The notes under the pieces were generated by a model, which was given only the letters and a program-made list of their open reading frames with translations, was not told the DNA's origin and made no database searches. From Bacteroidota bacterium (GTDB lineage Bacteria > Bacteroidota > Bacteroidia > 2-12-FULL-35-15), in contig JAHEXZ010000017.1 in the NCBI GenBank assembly GCA_023251835.1, forward strand, positions 2,270-66,269: 64,000 bases of DNA, in the 5' to 3' direction. The stretch's first letter is position 1. Every line of letters starts with the position of its first letter. Positions 39,801 through 47,136 of this stretch are shown one piece after another. The position numbers were made by a program, and so were the translations under genes.

Positions 39801-42172
39801 CCTGTAATAACAGGGGTAGGATTACTACCAGATATACAATAAGTTGCAGAAGAATATACAAAAGAGGCATCATCATTTGGCGTAATGGTAATTGTTGTTG
39901 TTGCTGTTGCAGTTGCACAGGTACCACTTGCCGGAATAGTATTGGTAACGGTATATGTTCCGGGAGCGCTTGCAGAAAGATCAATCTGACCGGTATTAAC
40001 ATGAACGAATGTTAAACCAGCGGGTGTTGCCGAAAATATACCAGCACTTGAACCTGGAGCAAAAAGTGGAAAAGGGTCATTTCCATTTTGACAAAACGGA
40101 GCACCTATGTAGCTGAAGTTTGCAGCTGGGTTGGCGTTAGTAATAGTCATTGTTATAGAACTGGTATCAGGACATGCACCGTTTGTAGTATAAGAAAGCG
40201 TGTAAGCGCCCACTCCACTTGCTGATAAATTAATCGTACCAGTTAGCGAATCTAATGATAAGCCAACAGGTGTTGAAGAAAATATACCTCCCGGTAAACC
40301 TGTAATTGTTGGAGTTTGATTTGGACCGGATATACAATAGGTTGCAGAAGGATATATAAAAGAGGCGTTGTCAGAAGACGTTATAATAATGGTAGTTGAA
40401 GCTGTATCAGCAAGGCAGGTGCCACTGACAGGGATTATATTAGTAACAATATAAGTACCGGGAGTGCTTGCAGCTAAATCTATTTCTCCTGTATTTACAT
40501 GGACAAATACTAAACCAGCAGGTACAGATGAAAATATTCCGGCACTGGCACCAGCATTGAATACAGGAAGAGGGTTATTAGCATTCTGACAATATAAAGC
40601 ATTAGCATAGGCGAAGCTGGCAGAAGGATTCGTATTTGTAATGGTAACTGTTATAGAACTTGTGCTTTGACAAAGCCCATTTGTAGTATATGAAAGTGTA
40701 TATATACCAATTGTACTTGAAGCTAAGTTAATTACGCCAGTAGTTGAATTTACAGCTAAACCGACAGGAATGGCAGAGAATGTTCCTCCCGTAAAACCTG
40801 TAATTGTAGGTGTTGGATCAGTTCCTGACTGGCAAAAAGTTGCGGAAGGATAAGTAAATGAAGCATCATCGGCAGGATTTACAGTTGTTGTAGCATTAAC
40901 GGGCACTCCTGAACATCCATTAGCAGAAGGAGTAATTGAATAAATTGCAGCACCGGTACTGCTTCCCACAGTAGTTAACACTTGTGATAGCATAGCAGTA
41001 TCTGAACCTAATGTTGCACCGGTTATTCCCGACTGAAAAACAGTCCAATAAAAGGTTGTACCAATAACGTTGCTGGTCAAAGAAATAGCAGTAGGTTCCC
41101 CGGAACAAATTGTTTGTGTTACAGGATTTGCAGTTGCGACAGGGATAGGGTTTACAATAACAACAGCCGTTACAGTATCCCCCATACAAAGCCCCGTTGT
41201 AGGAATGATTGTATAAATTGCAGTATCCGGAATAGCTCCTGTTGCAGTTAAAAGTTGAGTAATAACAGAATCACTTGCAGAAAAGGCCCCTAAAGAATTT
41301 GTTTGAGTAACAGTCCACGTAAAGGTTGTTCCTGCCAGAGTACTTGTCAGAACAATTGATGTGCTGTCACCGGAACAAATTGGCTGCACTGCAGGTGTAG
41401 CAGTAGCAACAGGTAAAGGATTCACTGTTACTATAACAATATTACTGGCGGTATCTGCCACACCTCCACAACTGGATGCCATACGCCTATACCATCTTGT
41501 TGCAATGAGGCCGGCAGGAGGGTCATAAAACAGGCCTGTTTCTCCGGTAATATCATTCCATGTAGTACCATTATCATCACTATATTGCCATTGATAATTT
41601 GCATAAGTACTACCAGCAAGTATATTTTGCAGGGTATCAGGGTTGTCTCCTGCGCAAATAGTATCATCACCAGATATAGTTCCAGGGTCTATGGATTGAT
41701 AATACCAGTAATAACTCCAATAAACTGAGTAAGTACCGCTACCGCAAACCTTTTGGTGTGTATTATAATTCCACTGACATGGCGGGTTTGAATTTATTGT
41801 CACACTACCAACATTGGTATATCCTCCACAAACATTATCATCTGCACCACAGAGAAAACTATCAGATTCCCAGCCATCCATGGATAAAGAGAGGGAAGAA
41901 CCAGCCAACAGAACCTGAGGAGCTACCCAACTGTAGTTTGCAATACCGGACCATCCACAAACTTCGTCTTCATCCACATTCCAGCTATATGTTCCGTTGT
42001 TAGTAGTAACATTTGTTCTCCAGCGGGGATCCGGATCTCCCCAGCAATCAGAGCATCCGGGTTCGGAATAATATAAGTCGTCTCCATCAATTTCAACAAC
42101 AACATTCTGCGAATACACATTCACAAAAAGGCAAAGTAAAAAAGAGAGGTTCAGTAAATATATTTTTTTCAT
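36842..42172 (-). CDS. giant cell-surface repeat protein (1776 aa) with T9SS type B C-terminal domain
   Basis: Signal MKKIYLLNLSFLLCLFVNVYSQ, followed by a different Cys/Trp-rich head. Then come 2 A units, 6 B modules, 1 A unit, an SprB-like repeat, a PKD domain, and the CTD FTPNDDNINDIF...YNRWGEK...DGSYYYIIKA. Confidence 0.9.
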   Translation of the reverse strand: MKKIYLLNLSFLLCLFVNVYSQNVVVEIDGDDLYYSEPGCSDCWGDPDPRWRTNVTTNNGTYSWNVDEDEVCGWSGIANYSWVAPQVLLAGSSLSLSMDGWESDSFLCGADDNVCGGYTNVGSVTINSNPPCQWNYNTHQKVCGSGTYSVYWSYYWYYQSIDPGTISGDDTICAGDNPDTLQNILAGSTYANYQWQYSDDNGTTWNDITGETGLFYDPPAGLIATRWYRRMASSCGGVADTASNIVIVTVNPLPVATATPAVQPICSGDSTSIVLTSTLAGTTFTWTVTQTNSLGAFSASDSVITQLLTATGAIPDTAIYTIIPTTGLCMGDTVTAVVIVNPIPVATANPVTQTICSGEPTAISLTSNVIGTTFYWTVFQSGITGATLGSDTAMLSQVLTTVGSSTGAAIYSITPSANGCSGVPVNATTTVNPADDASFTYPSATFCQSGTDPTPTITGFTGGTFSAIPVGLAVNSTTGVINLASSTIGIYTLSYTTNGLCQSTSSITVTITNTNPSASFAYANALYCQNANNPLPVFNAGASAGIFSSVPAGLVFVHVNTGEIDLAASTPGTYIVTNIIPVSGTCLADTASTTIIITSSDNASFIYPSATYCISGPNQTPTITGLPGGIFSSTPVGLSLDSLTGTINLSASGVGAYTLSYTTNGACPDTSSITMTITNANPAANFSYIGAPFCQNGNDPFPLFAPGSSAGIFSATPAGLTFVHVNTGQIDLSASAPGTYTVTNTIPASGTCATATATTTITITPNDDASFVYSSATYCISGSNPTPVITGVPGGIFSSTPIGLALNPSTGTIDLANSALGSYTLTYTTSGSCPGISSITMTITNTTPSAMFSYTSPAFCQNGSNLLPVYAPGASAGIFSAIPVGLVFSNLNTGEIDLSSSAPGTYTVTNSIPSSGTCNAISASTTVIIISADDASFVYTSATYCQSGNNPTPAITGLSGGTFSAIPNGLSINPSTGEINLSASALGIYTLSYTTNGVCPNASSITMTIIDANPSATFSYAGSPFCQNTTSPFPTFAFGASAGIFSATPVGLIFAHVNTGEVDLSASAPGTYIVTNTIPQSGTCNAISAIDTVTINAPDDASFVYSSATYCTSGINPTPSITGLSGGVFSAIPPGLSINPSTGTINLSVSNLGTYTLSYTTNGSCPNASSITMTIINANPAATFTYSTASFCQVGSVFPVFATGASAGIFSVTPSGLVFVHVNTGEIDLAASTPGTYTVTNTIPVSGSCNAVSATTTITVSASDDASFTYSSATYCTSGTNPTPVITGLPGGTFSSSPVGLSINPSTGTINLFTSALGTYTLTYTTNGACPNSSSIMMTIADTTPSAFFSYIDDPYCQGAPNPLPAFVPGSSAGIFSATPAGLVFVNVNTGEIDLTASAAGTYNVINTIPASGSCDSATGTAVVIINPAPVITATPSPQTICIGGSTSITLSSSMGGTNCFWTVVETGVSGASAGTGPSITQTLNLTGNIPGTAVYTVTSTAGGCAGAPIDVIVYVNFLPVANISSAVTTLANCGNPTGGISGITMITGQPPFQYVWTDTLGTVVENNVDLDSVPPGIYTLTVTDTNGCTITAASFSIIATPPVIAQYTADTLIGQTPFTINFTNTSIGASNYLWDFGTGDTSNLINPVYTYLPLGQSTVCLTAISPTGCIDSICDTVDVFLNSVFVIPNVFTPNDDNINDIFTVQGVGLVKMDAEIYNRWGEKIFEWHTVNGGWSGRTSAGINASDGSYYYIIKASGIDGKEYFEKGTFILIRAK
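37905..40871 (-). repeat. array of six consecutive ~166-aa B modules
   Basis: Module starts are DDASFTYPSATFCQ, DNASFIYPSATYCI, DDASFVYSSATYCI, DDASFVYTSATYCQ, DDASFVYSSATYCT and DDASFTYSSATYCT. Confidence 0.8.
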
Positions 42173-42200
42173 CTCTATCTGTTAATATTTTTGTTTAGTG

Positions 42201-42322
42201 TATACTTCGACTGAATGAGTTTGCGATAGTTCGACAAACTAACTAATCATTACAAACTCATTCGCTCAGTATAACTGAATCTAAACATCTTTGCCTTTGC
42301 AAATCTGCTAAGATTCAGTATA
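42201..42322 (+). repeat. dispersed double-hairpin repeat, full copy (module 1 + module 2)
   Basis: Module 1 is tatacttcgactgaatgagtttgc...acaaactcattcgctcagtata. Module 2 is actgaatctaaacatctttgcctttgcaaatctgctaagattcagtata. Confidence 0.85.
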
Positions 42323-43271
42323 AATCTGTTTCAGTGTTGTGCACTTTTGTTTTCGGCAGTTTCTCTCTTACTTCATCGATCTCTTTTTGAGAAATATTAG
42401 TTTTCCAACAGCTTAAATAAGATAATTGTTTAAGACGAGTAATCTCTTCAGGAAAAGTTGCCAATGGATTATAGTAAATGCCCAAATAATCAAGATTCGC
42501 CATTTCTTTAATAGCAGGAGAAATGGAATTTATTTTATTATAACCCAAGTTGATGTAAGTAATATTTTTAAGTGAATACAATTCTTCCGGAATATTAGAA
42601 ATTGCATTGTTGGTCAAACAAAGTGCATCAAGTTGTTTAAATTGAGCTATTGAAACAGGTATTTCAGTAAGGTTTGCATTTGTAATTTTTAATTTTCTTA
42701 AACCTGTTAAGTTCCATAATTCTGCAGGGATAGCACATTTAGAGGAGATTTCACCAATTGTAATTTCTTTCAATGATTTCATATTTCCTAATCCTGCACT
42801 TATATTTTCAAGAGGGTTGTTTTGTATCTGTAATACTTCGAGTTGAGTGCATGAAGTTATTTCATGGCCAAGGGAAACGAGTTTATTTTTATTGACATGT
42901 AATTCTTTCAGATTTTTAAATTCCTTTAATCTTAAAGGAAGTGCTGTAATATTATTTCGGGAAATATCAATTTCTTCTAAATTCGAAAAGAGAAATAATT
43001 GTTCGGGAAAGTCGGTTAACCCTGATGCGCTAAAACGTGCACTTTTATATATTTCAGGATTTTTGAGTGCTTCGGTTAAATTAGCAGGCGAAACAACGGA
43101 GCCGTATTTTGAGTCGGGCACAAACCGTGCAAGGTGAGAATATTTATCAGGATTTGATTTTTTGAGATACGATTTATCTTCAGGTTGAGCCAGTGCATTG
43201 CAACAGCTAAATAGGCTTATAGCAACAAAGGGACTATTTTTTAAAAAAAACAAGAGTAAAGCTTTCTTCAT
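42315..43271 (-). CDS. leucine-rich-repeat protein (secreted)
   Basis: Signal MKKALLLFFLKNSPFVAISLFSCCNALAQ. About 9 LRRs (LEEIDISRNNITALPLRLKEFKNLKELHVNKNKL...). Confidence 0.8.
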   Translation of the reverse strand: MKKALLLFFLKNSPFVAISLFSCCNALAQPEDKSYLKKSNPDKYSHLARFVPDSKYGSVVSPANLTEALKNPEIYKSARFSASGLTDFPEQLFLFSNLEEIDISRNNITALPLRLKEFKNLKELHVNKNKLVSLGHEITSCTQLEVLQIQNNPLENISAGLGNMKSLKEITIGEISSKCAIPAELWNLTGLRKLKITNANLTEIPVSIAQFKQLDALCLTNNAISNIPEELYSLKNITYINLGYNKINSISPAIKEMANLDYLGIYYNPLATFPEEITRLKQLSYLSCWKTNISQKEIDEVREKLPKTKVHNTETDLY

Positions 43272-43373
43272 AAGTATATAATTTGTTTTTTAGCAGTAGC
43301 TGAAATAACACGTAAAAATAACAAAAAAGCAATAATAACAGCCTACAAACAGATATACTGTTTACCCTAAATG

Positions 43374-46300
43374 CTACCTTATAATGGATACTGTACCAAT
43401 GTAATTATGTTTTTTTCTAAAAACATCAGTAAGTTTTACTTTCCAGACATAGGTATCTTGTTGTGCTTTTTCGGCACCTTGATTTGCTTTTCCATCCCAT
43501 GTTTTATCCAGCTCATCAGAGTAAAAAATCAGGTTTCCCCAACGGTCAAAAATCATCAACTCGTATACTTCAATTCCCATACCTTTAGCTCCAAAATAAT
43601 CATTTAATCCATCTCCATTAGGAGAGAATGCATTGGGTATAAAAAAGCTAAATTCAGGATTGATGACTATTTGATGCATTGTAGTGTCGGTACATCCGAG
43701 CAAATTCTGTACAATTAAAGAGGTAAGATATTCATCCGAAGAATCACCTGGATATTCATGTATTATATCAGAGATAGATGCTGTTATTGTATCTCCATCC
43801 CCGAAATCCCAGAACCATAAGGTGACATCCTGAGAAGATAAATCATTTAAAGTAATAAGTGAAGTTGTTATTGTTGCAGGATTGGGGCTGTATTCAAATT
43901 CAGCTGATGGTAACGGGTATACCTGAATTATCTGAGGGATTGTTAAGGTATCGGAGCAATTATTATCGGATATGACAGCTAAGGTAACATCATACCAGCC
44001 TGTTTGTGAATAACAATGCGAAGGAGCAGCTATATTGGAAACAGGGCTGTTATCGCCAAAGTTCCAACTATAATTTGTAATAGAACTTCCATTGCCTGGC
44101 ATGGTTAAATCTGTGAAATTTACGCAGTGAAGCGGACATCCAGCCGAATCGTCAACTGAAAAATTTACTACAGGGTTTTTATAGAAGTGAATAGTAACAT
44201 CGGATGAAGAAGTGGTACAAGGGAACCCAATAGAATTATCTGTTGTAAGTGTCAGTATTATTGAATCGGCAGAATACTCATTAGCAGCAGGTGTATATAC
44301 AGCATTCAAAGCTGTATTATCAGGTGAAAAGTTACCTGCACCGCCACTCCATGTGGCACTTGTTGCAGAACCACTTATTGAACCATTCAATGTTATTGCA
44401 GCACCTTCACAGACAGATTGTGCAGATCCGGCATTTGCAGTGGGAGACATATTAATATAAATTGCAACAACATCACTTACTGCAGGGCAAGGGCCTGGAG
44501 GATCAGCTGTAGTATATGTTAAGTTAACAATACCTGCTTCTGTTTCTGCTATAGTTGGTGTATATATAGCATTTAGCGAAGTATTGTCAGGATTATAAGT
44601 TCCTCCTCCCCCACTCCATGTGCCACTTGTTGCAGCGCCTCCGATAACAGCATTTAAAGCAACTGTGTTACCGGCACAGATAGTATCGTTTGTTCCTGCA
44701 TTTACTATTGCCTGGGGATTAATAGTAATCACGATTGAATCAACTACCGCAGGACAATTGCCCGGAGGATCATCTGATGTAAGTGTTAAAGTAACAGAGC
44801 CTGCGCTGATTTCATTTATATCCGGAGTATATAATGTATTGAGAGAATTATTGCCAGGCGAATAACTACCAGCACCACCATTCCATATTCCATTAGTAGC
44901 AGCGCCTCCTATTACTCCATTCAAGACAACATCGGAACCGGCACAGATTACCTGATTAGTACCAGCGTTGGCAGTTGCTAAAATATTAACCGTTACATTT
45001 ACAGTATCTGTTGATGAGCATCCTCCGGCAGTTGTAGTAACAATATATTCAGCTATTTGAGGAGCAGAGCCAGAATTTATTAATGTTATAAAAGGATTTG
45101 AAGTTGTATCAGTTATAAGGCCAGTAGTTGGCAACCATGAATAGGTACTTCCAAGAATTGCATTACTTCCAATTTGTCCGGTATCGCCAGTACATAAAAA
45201 AATATCAGCACCAGCATTTGAAACAGGGTTATCTACAACTGTAATTATAGCAGTATCACCTCCTGCACATGTTCCGGCCACAGTATAAATTATTTCGTTA
45301 TCTCCAACAGATGCTGCTGCAGGATTAAAAGTGCCTGTTGAAGTATTGGTAATTCCTAGTCCTGACCATGTGCCGCCAGCTATGCTTGCTGTGAAATTAG
45401 TTGCGGGCCCTGTTTTACAAAAGGGGCCTGCAGGATTTATAGAAGGTTTTGGATTTACTGTTATTACTAATTGATCGAGACCCTGGCAACCAGTAGCAGC
45501 ATCCGTAGTTATCAGAGAATAATTGACTATCAACGGAACCGTATCATTATTTGTCAATGTGAGGCTTGGATTGGAAGCAGATGTACTGCTTAATCCAGTA
45601 GATGGTGTCCATGAATAAAAATATCCGGCTACAGGTGGCCCTCCGATATATATTGTTTCTTCAGAGCATATTGTTGTATCATTAATTGCATTACCATTGG
45701 GAGGGGCATTTACAACAATTGTAATCGTATCAGAACGCGGGCAATCGCCTCCTCCGGGAAGTGTATAAAAAACAGAATTATTTCCGACATTAGCCGCTGC
45801 CGGGTTAAAAACCCCGTTTACGGTATCAGTGATACCTGCCCCCCCCCAAACTCCACCGGCAACATTTGCAGTAAGAGAAGTAGCAGGATCATATTTACAA
45901 AACGGTCCTGCAGATGAAATTACAGGGGGATTGTTGTATGGAACCACAGTAGCTGTAGCACGATTACAATTACTACCCGCTGTAGTAGCTAAAATATATG
46001 TGCCAGCAGGTAAGCTATCGGCAGATACATTCAGGGTAAGCGATGTTTCACCTACAATGGCTATACCGTTTAAATACCATTGATAAGTGGCGCCAGGGAC
46101 AGAATCACCAGTAAGTACAGTGGTATGAGCGCACCAACTGCCTGTTTGTGTAATAGAATTGACAAGATCGGATTTATTAAGAAACAGGTTATCAAAATAA
46201 AAATAAGGATAACAGGGAGATCCGGTATAGTTAGCTGGTAAAGTGCAAGGAGAACCAATAATTATAGCATTTATATTTACAGCTGGAGTAAAATTAATGG

Positions 46301-46961
46301 TTATGACTCCCCAGGAATTAACCGGGGTATAAAGTGTTGATCCTAAAATTTGCCATTGAGGTGATGGTGGACAGCCCATTCCGGAAAATGGAAGATCTGC
46401 ACAATTGGTACTTCCATATAATACAATATCAGAGGGACTATAACTAATTACTCCACCGTTACAAACATTCCCCCAACCATCTATTGGTGTAGATGCAATA
46501 CTCATCTGTATGGAGTAAGCAGTATCCTTAAGCATAGGAGAAGTGAGGCATGCACCAATATATTCCTGATAACCAATAGAAGAAATAAGTCCAGCCATTC
46601 CATTCCCGTCAGGTGGAGGCATAAGCCCTGCAGCGGTTGCAGCCTGAAAAACAAACCCGCAGGTATTCATATAGTCTGATGTAGCACTGGAAGCCTGTAT
46701 CCAACCCTGGGAACAGTTAAGTTGGCTATAAGTACTCGGGCAACAAGACATCTGCTCAAAGGAGGCATTGGGGATAAGGGAAGGAGCGGGAACAACACAG
46801 CTGCAGCCAGCAGTATCATTCAAATCAATTAATCCATTGCCATTATCATCGATTCCGTTATTGCATATTTCCTGGGCGTAACTGAGTGTGGAAAACAGCA
46901 ACAGTATGGCTATTGTAACGGTTCTGTTAAAATAGGTAAACAGTATTTTAACAATGGGCAT
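43374..46961 (-). CDS. 1195-aa cell-surface protein with T9SS type B C-terminal domain
   Basis: Signal peptide, then CNNGIDDNGNGLIDLNDTAGC (Ca-binding-like). Three ~95-aa NAGT(N/D)..ICAG units and two PKD-like domains (NYSWNFGDNS, LWFWDFGDGD) follow. The CTD reads FSPNGDGLNDYF...FDRWGNLIF. Confidence 0.88.
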   Translation of the reverse strand: MPIVKILFTYFNRTVTIAILLLFSTLSYAQEICNNGIDDNGNGLIDLNDTAGCSCVVPAPSLIPNASFEQMSCCPSTYSQLNCSQGWIQASSATSDYMNTCGFVFQAATAAGLMPPPDGNGMAGLISSIGYQEYIGACLTSPMLKDTAYSIQMSIASTPIDGWGNVCNGGVISYSPSDIVLYGSTNCADLPFSGMGCPPSPQWQILGSTLYTPVNSWGVITINFTPAVNINAIIIGSPCTLPANYTGSPCYPYFYFDNLFLNKSDLVNSITQTGSWCAHTTVLTGDSVPGATYQWYLNGIAIVGETSLTLNVSADSLPAGTYILATTAGSNCNRATATVVPYNNPPVISSAGPFCKYDPATSLTANVAGGVWGGAGITDTVNGVFNPAAANVGNNSVFYTLPGGGDCPRSDTITIVVNAPPNGNAINDTTICSEETIYIGGPPVAGYFYSWTPSTGLSSTSASNPSLTLTNNDTVPLIVNYSLITTDAATGCQGLDQLVITVNPKPSINPAGPFCKTGPATNFTASIAGGTWSGLGITNTSTGTFNPAAASVGDNEIIYTVAGTCAGGDTAIITVVDNPVSNAGADIFLCTGDTGQIGSNAILGSTYSWLPTTGLITDTTSNPFITLINSGSAPQIAEYIVTTTAGGCSSTDTVNVTVNILATANAGTNQVICAGSDVVLNGVIGGAATNGIWNGGAGSYSPGNNSLNTLYTPDINEISAGSVTLTLTSDDPPGNCPAVVDSIVITINPQAIVNAGTNDTICAGNTVALNAVIGGAATSGTWSGGGGTYNPDNTSLNAIYTPTIAETEAGIVNLTYTTADPPGPCPAVSDVVAIYINMSPTANAGSAQSVCEGAAITLNGSISGSATSATWSGGAGNFSPDNTALNAVYTPAANEYSADSIILTLTTDNSIGFPCTTSSSDVTIHFYKNPVVNFSVDDSAGCPLHCVNFTDLTMPGNGSSITNYSWNFGDNSPVSNIAAPSHCYSQTGWYDVTLAVISDNNCSDTLTIPQIIQVYPLPSAEFEYSPNPATITTSLITLNDLSSQDVTLWFWDFGDGDTITASISDIIHEYPGDSSDEYLTSLIVQNLLGCTDTTMHQIVINPEFSFFIPNAFSPNGDGLNDYFGAKGMGIEVYELMIFDRWGNLIFYSDELDKTWDGKANQGAEKAQQDTYVWKVKLTDVFRKKHNYIGTVSIIR

Positions 46962-46992
46962 TTTTATTGTTATTTAAAGATATAAATGTATT

Positions 46993-47000
46993 CAAATTTA
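46993..47000 (-). promoter_or_regulatory. candidate -7 box (TAAATTTG) upstream of the 1195-aa gene
   Basis: Exact TAnnTTTG on the minus strand, 31 nt upstream of the ATG at 46961, inside a 175-nt gap. Confidence 0.3.
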
Positions 47001-47136
47001 TTTTTAGATACAATCTAAATATGGCATTGAACAAAGTATAAATTTTGGCAATTATGAAATATTGGAATAATGGATGAATGATTTTTGTGTAGATGCAAAG
47101 AATGTGATATGAGTTGCACTATACTTCGGCTGAGTT

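Noticed and set aside
22074-42172. Regular DNA periodicity (about 270 and 500 bp) that could be mistaken for a CRISPR array or a satellite.
   Set aside because: The repeats are long, diverged, in frame and translated into Ig-like domains. There are no short identical repeats with unique spacers, no leader and no cas genes.
43371-43607. A plus-strand 78-aa ORF and similar ones at 44212..44460, 44620..44865 and 45829..46083.
   Set aside because: They are antisense to the 1195-aa type-B cargo gene, for the same compositional reason as in the giants.
16239-46961. Possibility of phase variation (invertible promoter) or a diversity-generating retroelement acting on the adhesin genes.
   Set aside because: The window contains no recombinase or invertase, no reverse transcriptase, and no template/variable repeat pair with A-specific differences. 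The inverted repeats I found are short hairpins, not flanks of an invertible segment.
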